Source: Octopus sinensis (Eukaryota). Taken from it: 64,000 nucleotides of DNA. Below are positions 11,476-26,318 of this stretch, in pieces. A model generated the notes under the pieces. The model saw only the letters and a program-made list of their open reading frames with translations, ran no database searches and was not told where the DNA came from. Location of the stretch: positions 4,402,001 through 4,466,000 of the forward strand of contig NC_043014.1 of NCBI RefSeq assembly GCF_006345805.1. The letters run 5' to 3'. The position numbers and the translations under genes were made by a program. Position 1 is the first letter of the stretch; the number at the start of each line of letters is the position of its first letter.

Positions 11476-11975
11476 GTGTGGCTGGTGGAGAATGGTTCGA
11501 CAACGCAGGTGGCGGAAGTAATCTCTTATGTCTACCCAACGACCCCATTTGGGCCAATTATACTACAGAACAAGAAGGTGGAAGTTGGATTTATGGCACT
11601 GAATATCAACTGGAATACTACACAACTAACAAACTCTTTTCCTTTGCTAACGCTAAATCGCTTCATGATCACGACGTTCCATGCGCTGTCTGTTTGACAC
11701 AACAACCTGCTGTTGTTATGATGTTACCAGCCAGGACAAAGTGTTACCCTGGTTGGACGATTGAGTATTCAGGATATTTGATGACCGAAGGTTCTTATAA
11801 TAAGGGCAGACATGAATATGTGTGTGTGGACTATGCACCAGAAGCTGATCCAGCAGGTTACAAAAACGAAAATGGAGCTGTATTATATTTCGTTCAGGCT
11901 TCTTGTGGTTCATTGCCATGTCCACCGTATTTCCATGGTCAAGAATTAACCTGCGTTGTGTGCAGTAAACATTGA
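11476..11975 (+). CDS. Gene G2 exon 4 (NC1-like domain); spliced CDS 771 nt, 256 aa
   Basis: ttctAG acceptor, open frame to TGA, 9 conserved Cys. Confidence 0.9.
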
Positions 11976-13486
11976 ATAGAAATTAAATTCGGTTCCATAT
12001 AAAAATATGTCTGTGAATTACAAGAAATTATATGAATGTTTACCTAATATTTTCATTCAAGTATGTCTATCGTTAAAAGAAACTGGTATATCAGAAGATA
12101 TTGAAAACCATACCAAAGAGGCTACGTAGAAAGCCAGAAATATCCTGAGAAATAAAATCTAAATCTGTCGGAACAATTCTAGAAAAACTTTTGTAAGATT
12201 TCAGTTTATCAAATTAATGTTAAAATAAAATGCTATTTCGGTTAACAGTATTTTGTCTCGTGTCCCATTATTCAGAAAACCCTAAATATAGTACCAGCAT
12301 AGAAATATATCAGCTTGTTTTTCACAGCCTTAGAAAATCTAAAACTTGACGCTACTATCTCAGACATCTTGGTTTTCAAATTACACCTCGGATTCTGAAA
12401 AGGACCATGAACCACCACATTATTTAGCACAGAAAACACATGATCGCTTCAACAACAACAACCAGTTACTTCTACACAAACCATTTTATTTGCTGTTATT
12501 AATCAGGGAAGATTTCCGTTCCATTCTTACCTCATATCTTATAAAACCTATTTCTCATCTCTTTTAGATATAACGCAAATTGTTCGTTTAAAGACTTCTG
12601 AGAATGTGGAAACTACACGATCAATCCTTCAAAAGACAGTCGAAATAAATATTGGTCCTCCCAACCTAAATCTAAATCACAACCTTTCCACCTCTCCACA
12701 AATAATGACAAAATCAAACTCTATGCACAGAACACTCACATCATACACTAAACGCTGATATACAAGAATAAGAAAGGAAATCAACCAGAAAAATTGCCTC
12801 ATTTCGACAGCAGAGAACATCAAATACGACGATTTCTTTCACTCATCTACGTAAACATACCAGACTCGAAGAAAGGATGGATCCTAGAAGCTGAATACAT
12901 TTCATGCGAAACGAATACAACACCCATAAAAGTGAGAGTAAAGAGAGCAAATATAGTCAGGGAACGCACGGATGCTGTGTGTAAGAAGGCTGAGATGTTG
13001 TGACCGTCACGTTATATCCAATAGGATTCATGATTGTATGTTGGAGTGTGTCGAATATTTGTTAGATAAACGAAGGTTTCGGTTAACAACATCAAGCTGC
13101 AATAAAGATTAAAGATTATTAATATTTACTATCCCACTATTATTAGTCTAATGGGTAAATCTGCATTCGCTTCTCTAGATTACAAATATTTTCCTGGTTG
13201 TAAATCGTAAACAATTGCAGAGAATACGGACGCTGGTAGATCTTCAAATTCATCTTTTGATTCAGCGGAATAATTAGACAGTTAAAACGACCGCCAGGTG
13301 TTTAAGCTGTACAGAGCATGCGCAGCTGCATATGCAACCCGCCATTACAATAGGAAAAATTATGGGACTTTGTTGAAATCTGACATGGCTGTAAGATTTA
13401 TTTTGTAGCTTATTTCAAATTAACCTTATTTCGAGGGCCAAACAGAGAGTGTTACACACACACACACACACACAGAGACACACACA

Positions 13487-13527
<41 letters not shown>

Positions 13528-13864
13528 TAAATTTGGTCAAACTATATCTGAGGGGTCTAATATGCTTCATCTATGAAAATTTAATCATAACTATGGAATT
13601 CCGCCGTACATATGCAGTCCATACGGAAGGTGCACTTGCGAATTGAGTTTCAAATGGGAGACATTGTACCTGTATGTTTTGCTATGATTTACAAAACAAG
13701 AAGAAAAATATTCAAAGCTAGTGATAATGACTAGCTAAAAATATGTATGAATGTCATTATTCGATTTTAATAGAATATTTCTGGCCAACAGAAAGAGAGA
13801 CGGCTTCTAACTTAGTTCCAAGTATCTTTCATTGGAATTTCAACAACATGAACAGGATATTTTT

Positions 13865-14456
13865 GTATGTATGTATGTATGTATGTATGTATGTATGTAT
13901 GTATGTATGTATGTATGTATGTATGTATGTATGTATGCATGTATGTATGTATGCATGTATGTATGTATTATATATGTATGTATGCATGTATGTATGTATG
14001 TATGTATGTATGCATGTATGCATGAATGTATGTACGTATGCATGTATGCATGTATGTGTGTATGTATGTATGTATGCATGCATGTATGTATGTATGTATG
14101 CATATATGCATGTATGTATGCATGTATGTATGTATGTATGTATGTATATAAGTATGTATGTATGTATGCATGTATGTATGTAAGTATGCATGTATGTATG
14201 TATGTATGCATGTATGTATTTATGTATGCATGTATGCATGTATGTATGCATGCATGAATATATGCATGTATGTATGTATGTATGTATGCATGTATGTATG
14301 TATGCATGCATGTATGTATGTATGTATGTATGTATGTATGTATGCATGTATGTATGTATGTATGTATGTATGTATGTATGTATATATGTATATATGTATG
14401 CATGTATGTATGTATGTATGTATGTATATATGTATGTATGTATGCATGTATGTATG
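13865..14456. repeat. (TATG)n microsatellite (also ~15010-15432, ~29900-30135, ~30690-31400)
   Basis: Directly visible. Confidence 0.95.
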
Positions 14457-14910
14457 TCAGGTCACTTTCGAGTGCTACTGGTAACATGTAACCCAGTACA
14501 ACCTGTTGCATTGTCGGGTCGTCGGCGACTAAACCGGCAACCCCACGAAGCTTGCTTCGTGAGGAGGGAGTTTTTTGGACACCCTGCGGGATGAAAAACA
14601 AAACCCGTCAAAGAGCGGAGGAACTCTTGAGAGTCAACGGCCATCCAATATGTCTTAAGGCTGTATCATGCGCGGGGACATAGAAATAATCGGACTGAAT
14701 ACCAGATCGCGCGGTTAAACCATTGGGAGTGAAGGACTCCTACAATTTGTAAGGGCATCCCTCGAGGATAAGGTAACTCAGGTAACTGGGATAACTCCGA
14801 TATAAAACCTGCGGCTCAGTGGTTACCGATGATGTTGACTTGTCCTTCTTTTCGGATTATGGCTGCTGTTGCTTAGTGACTGGGATTGACACAGTACACA
14901 GCCTTTTCTC
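14457..14910. repeat. Unclassified GC-richer interspersed repeat between (TATG)n arrays; paralog at ~30136-30590
   Basis: Sharp compositional boundaries and duplicated with the B-type spacer; no recognisable ORF. Confidence 0.4.
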
Positions 14911-16456
14911 ACTATAAAAAAAAATCTTCATGCACAGGCATTGCAAGATAATTACATTGATTAAGCTTCGTACAATGCCCATACTCGATAACGAGGAGGC
15001 AGCCACCAAGTATGTATGTATGTATGGATAGATGGATGGTTGTATGTATGTGGGTATGTATGTATGTATGTGTATATGTGTCTATCGATATATACATGAT
15101 TACATTCATACATACATGCATGCATACGTATATACATACATAAATGTATGTATACATATATGCACGCATGTATGTATGTATGAAAGTATGTATGTATGTA
15201 TGTATGTATGTGTGTGTGTATGTATGTATATTTGTATGTATGTATGTGTGTATGTATGTATGAATATATATGTGTGTGTGTATGTATATATGTGTGTATG
15301 TATGCATGGGTGTATGTATGTATATATGTAAATATGTGTGTATGTATGTGTGTATGTATGCATGTATGTGAGATTGTATGTATGTATGCATGTATGCATG
15401 TATGTATGTATGTATGTATGTATATATGTATGGGTGGGTGGGAATTGGTAGGTTTTGATTTTGATATTCACATAAAACTTTTCTAATTCGATTAACGCTT
15501 GTTGTGAAGAATCCAATCCGAACAGCGGACTTCATTAGAATAAGTCTTGCGATTACTGTGTGGGTTGAACGAAATACTTCCCACTCTGGATATTCAAAGA
15601 GTGTGTGAGTGTGTGTGTGTGTGTATGTGTGAGAGTGTGTGTGTCAGTGTGTGTGTCAGTGTATGTGCGTATGTCGGTGTGTGTGTGAGGGTCAGTGTGT
15701 GCGTGTGTGTGCATGTGTGTGTGTCAGTGTGTGTGTGTGTGCGTGAATGTGTGTGTGTTTGTCAGTGTGTGCGTGTGTGTGTATCAGTGTGTGTGTGTGT
15801 TAGAGTGTGTGTGTGTGTTTGTGTTTGTATGTGTGTGTGTGAGTGTGTGTATGTGTGAGTGTGTGTGTGTATGACAATGTATGTGTGTGTGTATCAGTGT
15901 GTGCGTGAGTGTGTGAGTGTGTGTGTGCGTGAGTGTATGTGTTTCTGTGTGTTAGTGTGTGTGTGTGTGTGAGTGAGTGTGAGGGTGTGTGTGTGTGTGT
16001 CAGTGTGTAAGTGTGTGTGTATGTCTTTGTGTCTGTGTATTTGTTGGTTGAACGAAATATTTCCCACACTGAATATTAAAACAGTTTCCCAAGAATAACA
16101 AATAAAATTAAATAACAACATTAGTAAATAAATATATTTTAATATATCCAGAAACAGGAATCATTTCACTTTACACGTGTCTCTCATTCATCAAAATATT
16201 TTGCTAATTATTGTGTGACAATATCAAACCATCTCTTTCCAATAATTAAACCTGTCAGAGAAGTTCACACCCGCTTTTACAGTTCCACCAATCGCATTGG
16301 TTCATAAATTTACGATAAGATCTATGCCAGAGCTGGGTTGTTGTGCGCTCAATAAATACGTGGAATTCAGTTACAGGTCTTCAGCTTCAACCTCGCATCT
16401 CGATCTTTTGTTGAAGCCACACGAAGTATCACTTACGACCGACAACTGTCACCAGA

Positions 16457-16600
16457 ATGGATTTCGCACAACTGTCCAGGAATATTTCGCAGCGTTATTC
16501 CATTTCTTCTCTCATAGCTTTTGGGGTTCTTCTCGTTCTGACGATCGTGATTCTTCATCAAGATTCAAGAATAGGAAAAATGGAAGAGAAATCGAAAACG
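16457..16600 (+). CDS. Gene G3 exon 1
   Basis: Same 48-aa peptide as G2 exon 1; GTAAGT donor at 16601. Confidence 0.82.
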
Positions 16601-16930
16601 GTAAGTCATGGATTTTGTGTTAATATATGTATGTCTTTATGTATTTATATATGCATGTATGTATGTATGCATTTACGTATGTATGTATTAATATATTTAT
16701 TTATCTACTTACGGATGTATGGATGGATGAACGGATGTATGCATGAACCATGTTCCTTTAGAGCACACACACACATACGATCCATCACACACGTAATCAC
16801 AGAAAAACACACAGGCGCACACACCTAAACATACATATATGTATATACATATATATACATATACATATATTTGTATATATAATATACATATATATATAAA
16901 TATACATATATATGAATATATTAGTGCGTG

Positions 16931-16980
<50 letters not shown>

Positions 16981-17482
16981 CAAACATATATATGCGTGAG
17001 TGTATATATATCTCTCTCTCAAAATATATATATGTATTTTGGTTTCACTAGAAGTCATTTTTTAAAGTAGAAAAAATAGCTAAGATTTTTGGCTGCTATT
17101 TCTAAACTTCGGTATGTGGTAAAGCAAATCTTTACTGAACACACTTTATTAAGTATGTATATATATATATATATACGTACATATATATATATATACATAT
17201 ATATATTTGTGTGTGTGTGTGTGTGTGTCTAAAAATATATTCTTTCACCCGTTTCAGTCATTTGACTGCGGCCATGCTAGAGCACTGCATTTAGTAGGAC
17301 AAATCGACTTCAGGAATTATTCTTTGTAAGCCTAGTGGTCATTCTATCGGTATCTCTAGCTGAGCCGCTATGTAACGGGGACGTAAACACACCGACATCA
17401 GTTGAGAAGCGATTGTGGTGCGACGATCACAGACACATACATAATACATAGATACATACATACCTACACATCTGAGTGTGTA

Positions 17483-17528
<46 letters not shown>

Positions 17529-17685
17529 GCACCCTTTTTTTCAGTCTCAATCTAACAAATCTACTTAGATGGCTCTGGTCAGCTCGACGTTATAGTGGTA
17601 GGCATTCGTCCAATTTTCTACGCAGTGGGACTGAACAGAATACCTTGTGGTTAACAAGCAAGTGTTTTACCACACAGACACTGTA

Positions 17686-17744
<59 letters not shown>

Positions 17745-17850
17745 TATATACATATATACAAATAATGTGCGAAATATAATTAATTTAATAAAATCGATAA
17801 ATTTCACCTAGTAGTATTTCGGTATGGAAAAGGACCATATACGGTAAAAA

Positions 17851-18040
17851 TATATATAATTATAATAAGAGCTCTTTGCAACAAGTTGCTTAAACCACAT
17901 ACCGAAAATATTAGAAATAGCAGTCAAAGGGCTACCATTTCTATCATTGTTGTAATAGAAATGGTAGGCCTTTGACTGCTTTTTCTAATAGTTTCGGTAT
18001 GTGGTTTAAGCAACTTGTTGCTAAAAACCCTTATTATAAT

Positions 18041-18050
<10 letters not shown>
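17851..18050. repeat. ~95-bp-arm palindrome (foldback/MITE-like); second copy at ~33450-33650
   Basis: ...gcttaaaccacataccgaaa..gcagtcaaagggctaccatttcta pairs with tagaaatggtaggcctttgactgc..tttcggtatgtggtttaagc... Confidence 0.85.
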
Positions 18051-18073
<23 letters not shown>

Positions 18074-18377
18074 TCATATATCACCGTGACCGACCAGATG
18101 TTAGTACACATCGCTGGTCACAATGCGCTTCGCATTGTTTTAGTCTTCAAATGACGCCGCTCCGCTGGCTAAGCGAGCAGGTCAAGAGAAGAAAGAGTGA
18201 GCGAAAGTTGTGGGGAAAGAGAACAGCAGGGATCGCGACCAACCCCTGCCGGAGCCTCGTGGGGCTTTAGGTGTTTTTCGCTCAATAAACACACACAACG
18301 CTCGGTCTGGGAATCGAAAACGTGGTCCTACGGACACTGGGCCATTGTGCCTCCACACACACAAACACACACACACA

Positions 18378-18408
<31 letters not shown>

Positions 18409-18410
18409 CA

Positions 18411-18478
<68 letters not shown>

Positions 18479-18570
18479 CATATCATATATACATACACAC
18501 ATGTATTGTTACGTATGTATATACATACATATCTATTTATGTATCTATCTCTCTCTCTCTCTCTCTCTCT

Positions 18571-18625
<55 letters not shown>

Positions 18626-19340
18626 CATATATGTATATATACATATACACACATCCCAAGTAAACACAAAGAAGAGTGGAATTGTACTCCTGTCCGATCG
18701 CTCTTTCACCAGACATAATCCTGGAGAGGGAAATAAGTGCGTAATGAAAAAAAATCTAATGGTGGGGTTCTAGCATGGCCATGCCCTGTCGCTGCAACGT
18801 TTAGCCCTATTAATATTAGTGTTAAGTATTATATCTAGATGTACACTTACACACACGCACAGAAACAGACACATACAAACACACACACACGCACACATAG
18901 GAATACGTACATATTTACACACATTTATCTATTTCTCTCCATCAGGAACGGAAGTGAGGCGAGTTTTTTTTAATCTTTTCTTTCCAACTGAAAATAAAAC
19001 GTGCGAGTGCCAATGTAGATCGGTGAATTTCGTAATGTTTGACTGTAATTCACGTTGGTTTTTATATATGACAATATGTAAGAACGAATGTAAATACATA
19101 CACACAGACACACGGACAAACACACGCTCAAATAAACACAAACACACACACATACGCACGCACACAGACACACGTGCTCAATTGTACACGAACAATCACA
19201 CTATACAGTGTATGTCCACTCACATATATGTGTGCGTTTGTGTGTGTGTATGCGTATAAGTAGATACGTATATTTGTGATATTTATGTGTATACCTATGT
19301 ATTGATATGTATGTATATATATACATATATATATATGTAT

Positions 19341-19421
<81 letters not shown>

Positions 19422-21045
19422 TGTGTGGGGGCGCAGTGGCTAGTTGTTAGGGCAGCGGACTCATGATTGTCGGATCGAGGTTTCGTAGTGAGTGTTTAAT
19501 GCTCCACGCGTCTCAGGGAATTGGGTTGTGTTGATCTCTGCTGTACTCTTTCGCTACAACTTTCTCCCTTTCTTCTGTTGGCCTGCTCGCGTAACCAGCG
19601 GGGTGTCGTCATTTGAAGGCTAAAACAATGCGAAGCGCATTGTGACCAGCGATATGTAGCAACAACTGATAGCCTGGTCTGTGACGGTGATCTCGGAGAT
19701 ATATGTATCATACGCACACAATACACACACACACATACACACGTACATACACACACACCAGCACAGATGCCCACATATACCTTTAACGAACAATACTCAT
19801 ACAGATACGCCCACACTTATACACACATCGGCAGAGACACACACGCACATACATGTACTTAAGCGCACACACGCACGCACATTACACCCACACAACTCCA
19901 AAAAACACCACACACGCATGTACAAATTCGCATACACACCGATACATATACATGCACACAACATACGCCTACACGCGCAAACACACATACACATACATAT
20001 ACACATATAGACACAGACACACACACACGAACGTAAAAACATGCGGACGCACACACGCACAAGAATGCACACATCGAAAACTCACAACCCCACGGATACA
20101 CGTTATACACCCATATACAGACACACATACAAACGCACATGTACACGCACACACAACTACACGCACACACAACTACGCACACATACGAGACGCACGCACA
20201 TACATACGCACACACACAAATGAACCCACACATACATCCCATACACACGGCACACAATTATACATACACGGCACACAATTATACATACATGTACACACAG
20301 TTATTCGCCACACACCCAAACTCTACACACACACACACACACACACGTGTCATCATTGCACACATATATACATACACACACACGCACACATACACTATGT
20401 AAAGCACAGATATTCCCCAAACACCCTAACTCTACGCCTACACACACGAACACACACACATGCACACACACGATACATATACATACACACACACACACAT
20501 ACTTCAAACTAGCAGTACCTATTACTTGACCTGTGGTAGGGACAAAAGAAGCCACGCCCAATTCCTTCTTCCTTGACCTTAACACCACTAACCCTACAAC
20601 ACGCAAAGATTAACAGCCACAATAAAACACACATACACAGACATGCACACACACACACATTTGTCATCATTGCACACATACACACATACACACATACACA
20701 CACGCACACGCAGACCTCCGCGCACGCTCTTATCCACACTTACACACACACATCCCTCCTCCTCTACCTCTCTCCTGTCTTTGAAAGATCTTTACTTCTC
20801 CCATTTCCTTCCGGTCATTCAAAATGTGCCCGCGTGTGTACCATTGGCGATTTTTTGTCTTCTGTCTTCCCTCCTCTGGATCTTTCCTTCTCGTAAGTTT
20901 CCGACGAAGAGCTCCACCCGAAACGTTAAACCCTCCTTCCTTCCTTCTCTACTGAGCGTCCAGTAATACTATGTTTGTTCCACGTCCTCGCGTTGTTGTT
21001 GTTTTTGTGCATTCTTGTTTGGATTAAATTTAACTATATATATAC

Positions 21046-21078
<33 letters not shown>

Positions 21079-21079
21079 C

Positions 21080-21450
21080 TCTTTACTCTTTTACTCTTTT
21101 ACTTGTTTCAGTCATTTGACTGCGGCCATGCTGGAGCACCACCTTTTAGTACTTATTCTATCGGTCTATTTTGCCGAACCGCTAAGTGACGGGGACGTAA
21201 ACACACCAGCATCGATTGTCAAGCAATGCTAAGGGGACAAACACAGACACACAAACACACACACATATACATATATATACATATATACGACAGGCTTCTT
21301 TCAGTTTCCGTCTACCAAATCCACTCACAAGGCATTGGTCGGCCCGGGGCTATAGCAGAAGACACTTGCCCAAGATGCCACGCAGTGGGACTGAACCCGC
21401 AACCGTGTGGCTGGTTAGCAAGCTACTTACCACACAGCCACTCCTGCGCC
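21080..21450 (-). mobile_element. tRNA-derived CORE-type SINE (octopus-like); older decayed copies at ~4255-4440, ~17250-17685, ~32945-33330, ~46360-46550
   Basis: Minus strand reads GGCGCAGGAGTGGCTGTGTGGTAAG...GGGTTCAGTCCC...TTGGGCAAGTGTCTTCT (A/B boxes plus CORE-like motif) and has a short-repeat tail. Confidence 0.75.
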
Positions 21451-21482
21451 TATATATATGTGTGTGTAGAAATATGTGTGTG

Positions 21483-21515
<33 letters not shown>

Positions 21516-22202
21516 ACTAGCAGTCACACCCGGCATTGCTGGGGATTAAAATGGCAAAGTTCTTATATAATATATTCCAGTCATTTTGAAACAGGTGATA
21601 TGGGAAAGTGCAACATTGACAACAAAACATTTGTAGAGTAAATGCTGGGCTACTTCGACAAAGCAACATGCTATGCGTCAGTTTGGAGTGTTTCAGGCCC
21701 TAACCTGTCATGCAAAATTGGAGGTGGGGTTTGTGTGATTTTTGATGGCACCGAAAAGCTGTCAGTGGATATACTCTCCTTTGCAGCAGTGTGCGCTGTG
21801 TCTAACACGACCCATCATCGGAAATTTTGACAAAACACGTCAGGTTTGTTGTCCTACACCACTTAAAGTGTAAATTTGGAGGAACTGTGGTTGTTCATTC
21901 GCGGTCACCAGGGAACCAATGAGGGATAGACTTGCCCTTGATCTTTGACGTCGGCGTAAATTCATGTTTATCTATCTTCTTAGATTCACCAAACGATGTC
22001 ATTTGAAATGCAGAGTTGTATTGTCTGATATTGTTCAGAAAATCTAGAAGATTTTCTAGAAGATTCCTAAGGGGTTGAGATGGTAGTGTTGGCAATGATA
22101 CCTGTCCAAATATGTTGTCATCTATTGCATTGTTTTAAGTTCTAAACGATAATAAATACCCTGATGTTCTATTTATATGATGCTATTTCTATTTTTTCAC
22201 AG

Positions 22203-22254
22203 AACCGTTTCATCTCCAAGAAATCTCTCGACGATAAACCAGATGACACACCAA
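22203..22254 (+). CDS. Gene G3 exon 2
   Basis: cacAG acceptor, 52 nt, GTAAGA donor; NRFISKKSLDDKPDDTP. Confidence 0.8.
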
Positions 22255-22559
22255 GTAAGAACTAATTTTATAGCTAAAGAATTTTACCCGTGACTCATTA
22301 ACTAATAATTTATAATTTCACCAACTTTGAATTAGTTCCACATTACTATCCAAATGTCCACAATAATATATACTAAGAAACTAGCCTGAATTTATTTTAA
22401 ACTATGTTCTACTTTACAATAATTTCCTAAATAAAATGTTATTCTTATATACTATGCCATTTATTGTGTGTATATGAGTATATATGTAGTGCTACGTCGA
22501 GAATTGTTTCTGCCCGCACTTCGCCCCCGAGGGTGCTCTTCGCCGAGTGTCCGAGGCGG

Positions 22560-24660
22560 CCGGTACGTTCACTGTGAAAAAATTAGAGTGCTCAGAGCGA
22601 GCCCCACCGACTTGTATACCAAAAGCAAGGAATACCCTCTTCATCTGAGAATCAAATGCCCGAGCTGGCGCTTCACTGCGTTTATATCTACAATTCAGCA
22701 TTCTGTCCACTCTTGTGCTTCCAATCATTCGTGAATAGAGACACGAAATAATGATGTTCCACTTTCCTACACTGTGCGTATTTGTCAGTCCTGCCTAGGG
22801 ATACTCGTCAGCCAAGCAGTTCAGTGCACGTTGTTGGTGGCCCTCAGACGAATTAGGTAGCAGCATGTCGTCTACAAATAACAGTCGACCGATCACGTAG
22901 AGATGAATTGGGATACCTCTACCACAATGGCTGCGCATATTCCACCAGATCACAAAAAAGAATGTGAGAAGGGGCACTAACAATGCACACTTCAACTAAG
23001 GGAAATCTTCACGTTGAAAACTTTCGACTTTTACATAAATACAATCATTTAAACATCCATATAAGTATTTTATGGCAACAAGTATTTGCCCAACACACAT
23101 TCCTGGTAAACCATCCGCAACATGCCCCAGCGCACGTGATCGTGTGCCTTGTCGTGGTTCACAGCGTTTAAACCTTGGAAATATTTCAATGCTTGCTGGA
23201 AGATCTGTCTTTGAACGACTAAATGGTCGGGTGTTCCACGTCCCGGATAGTAATCTTGGGCGCGACAATTTCCCTACATATCTTTTCCTGACATCTAGTG
23301 TAGACTTTTCTATAATTAGAACACACACTTTGGTCTCTGTTTGAAAAAATTGTGATTGTCACCCCATATTACCATTGCTTTGGTATTTTTTCTAGGGGTC
23401 CCATCCACCTAGCTTACACGGGTCACTCAGAGAATACCATCTGTATTTAAGGTTTCTAAAATATCAGGTCGACCGTGCTTTTCCCTAGCAGCTTTATCAC
23501 TTTTAAGTGAGTTTAGCTCAAATAAGCGTTCAACCGAAGAAGAACCTGACGAAAATAATAATACAATCACGAATCCATTTCGATGTCCAACTTCATTCAG
23601 GCGGGTCACTCTCAATTTGGATGCAAAAGTCTCCACAATTTTATATCTGCGGCTTCCAACTGTATTCTGTAGGTCGCACTGGACTTACCAATTTTCAGTG
23701 TTCAGCAGACTGTAGGAATTTTCAGGTTTTCAGACATTTAGGTAGTGACGAGGTTACAACTCCACCCCTCCTTTTACCCGAACGTTCAGCAATGAGTGAA
23801 AGATGACCGAAATCTATCAGAAACCTCTGTCACCAACTATTTCTATACCAGGCACCCTTATAAATATCCCTGTGTTAAAATAATATCTATACCATAGAGT
23901 GGAGAGTGTGTATCCTGCACTGAAGGCTGCTACGACCTGTCTGTTAAGTTCACTGACGACATTCCTTCCAATCAATCCTTCTCACGGGTATCAGTGCCAA
24001 GGTGTGCACTGAAGTCTCCTTGCAGGACAAATGACTTTGCCCCAAATATATCTAAAGCTGAGGTGAATTTGCTTAGGAAGGATTTGTATTTGACCCAGCT
24101 GTTTGCTGCATATACTTTCAACAGCCACAGTGGTCCTTCATATTCAGCCTTAGTTTCAAGAGGTGAACCCTCACACCTAGTAGGTTTCACTCCATAATAC
24201 AATCCGAAAGCTGGGGATTGAGAGTATCCTAATCCCACCTGTGCAGACATTGTTGGCACCAGAGTTGCGTAGTGGAGTTTGAAGCCTATATCCAAGTGTA
24301 CGCTATCGGAGAAAGGAAATTTTGTAGAGGAGACACCGATTATATCTTACAGGCAGATTATATCTAACAATTTTGACGTTTTAATTCTCAATTATTAAAG
24401 GTTGTTCCTTTCTTGATCTGCTTTCGTGTCCTGAGACCGTCAATTTTGTGCTCCCACCCCACGCACGCCAGATTAAGTTGCAGGCTTCTTGCTGGTTGCA
24501 CCGGTATTGGGTGGGTTGTGCTATACATTTATCGATCGGACTCCTCTACTCGAGATACGGATGCGATGTCTTTTAACGAAATCGACAAATGATGCGGTAT
24601 GGTTGTTATTTTCATATTGTAGTTATGATGGCCTTATTTGCGCCGAGTTCCAAACTGATA
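22560..24660 (-). mobile_element. Degenerate RTE-clade LINE remnant in G3 intron 2 ('Y' lineage)
   Basis: LLFVDDMLL (RT FADD region) and VLQGDFSAHLGTD (APE GDFNAHVG motif); many stops and frameshifts. Confidence 0.72.
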
Positions 24661-25069
24661 TTTGTAATTGACCGATGAATATTCGCACCTGGCGAATATT
24701 TCATCATTATTATATTGAGTTTTATCATTATTCTATTGAGAATTATATATACTCATACCCAAGTTTACGTACATACATACATCCGTTCATAGCGGAGACA
24801 TATACGCATTCTGATATTCTGAGATTAATCTCTCAAATCTTTGACATCAACGTCACCAACAGGCTCAACAGACAAATGTCTTTTTTCTTTCTTTACAATT
24901 TATTCTTATTATTTACATCTTTCGTTCTGACTTTCATTCATTCACTCGTTCTTTCTTAAATTCTATATTTCTCTCTTCTCCATCAATTCCTTCCCATCCA
25001 ACAACCTACTTTGTAAATGATTCCCCAATTCTTTCTTTTAAACTACATTATTTCATTTTATTTTCGCAG

Positions 25070-25144
25070 GACCCGGTCTCGGATCATTGTATACCCGGTG
25101 GGGCAGAACAACTTGTCCTCCTTATTCAAACCTTGTATATGACG
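25070..25144 (+). CDS. Gene G3 exon 3 (RPGLGSLYTRWGRTTCPPYSNLVYDG)
   Basis: ttttcgcAG acceptor, GTTAGT donor, 75 nt. Confidence 0.87.
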
Positions 25145-26318
25145 GTTAGTATAATTTATATTTCTGATCTCTCATTCTCTTTTTGTCTTTCTCTTGTTCT
25201 CTTTTTATACCTCTCATTCTCTCTTTTTGTTGCCTCCCTTTCTCTCTCGACCTCTCTCTCAAACACACGCACACACACTCACCCTTTGTCGGGTTGTCTA
25301 ACATAAACATTCTCAAATCCTCTTACGATATGTCACGTTTCAAACGTCTATACCTGTAGACTATACAAACACTACACAAGACTGCTTACTGCTTTGTGGG
25401 TATTTGGTCAAATTAGAATATTATATGTTGTCTACTACGGACCAAGTGAAAAGGATGCTAACTGGTGATCAATTGTACAGGCTACGGATGGTGGTATTAT
25501 ACGTGAGTGACTAGAGCTGAATAGTGGCCACTTGTCTATCATTAACTAGAGTGCCCAATCATCGTAGGTGTGGACTAAATTGAAAAGAGTCTATTAGAAT
25601 TGATGACAGTGACTGTAAATGGTTAATGGAATGAACGCACAATGTAGAATGAGGACTGGACAAGCCACATACTGTAACTGATGGAAAAAGCTGAGGACTT
25701 TATTCATTAAGTAAAATAGAGAGAGACTAAATATTAGTGAGAGAACACAACAGAGTACAGAATGCACTTCTATTCTTCTCCGCCTCACCGAAATCGTCCT
25801 ATCGCTAAAACCTTGCTCTTTTCATGCACCACATCACCTCATTAATTATCCAGTATATCTTTGTAAGGTAATTCCGAAACTTCCAATTCAAAACTGCTGC
25901 TACAAACTGCGTCCCCAATCAACCTTACGTTCCTTAAAAATGCTCTGTATATGCTCTTTATGAACCCTACACGTATATTTTATCGGTCGCCCACTCCATC
26001 ACCAAAAATATCCCCGTTCACTCGTGAACACCTTTTCTATTTCGGGTAAACACGAGTACATGCGTTACAGAATTCCTTTCTTTTTCTCCTTCTATTAACA
26101 TCCACGCAAATACACTTCCCCATGCAAACTTACATAATAATCCACGTCATATCCCCAAATACTTGCCCGTATACACACAACATATATATACATATACTTA
26201 CATATATATTATATATATATATATATATAATATATATATATTGATTCAGATGAATATGGTACTTAAGTTGAGGCTCCAGAATTTAGTACGACATTATCCA
26301 TACAATTTCAAATTAAGG

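Noticed and set aside
12794-13003. Repeated small ORF MPHFDSREHQ... (also 28801-29007)
   Set aside because: It lies in the duplicated B-type spacer, has a non-ATG start, and shows no splice or domain support.
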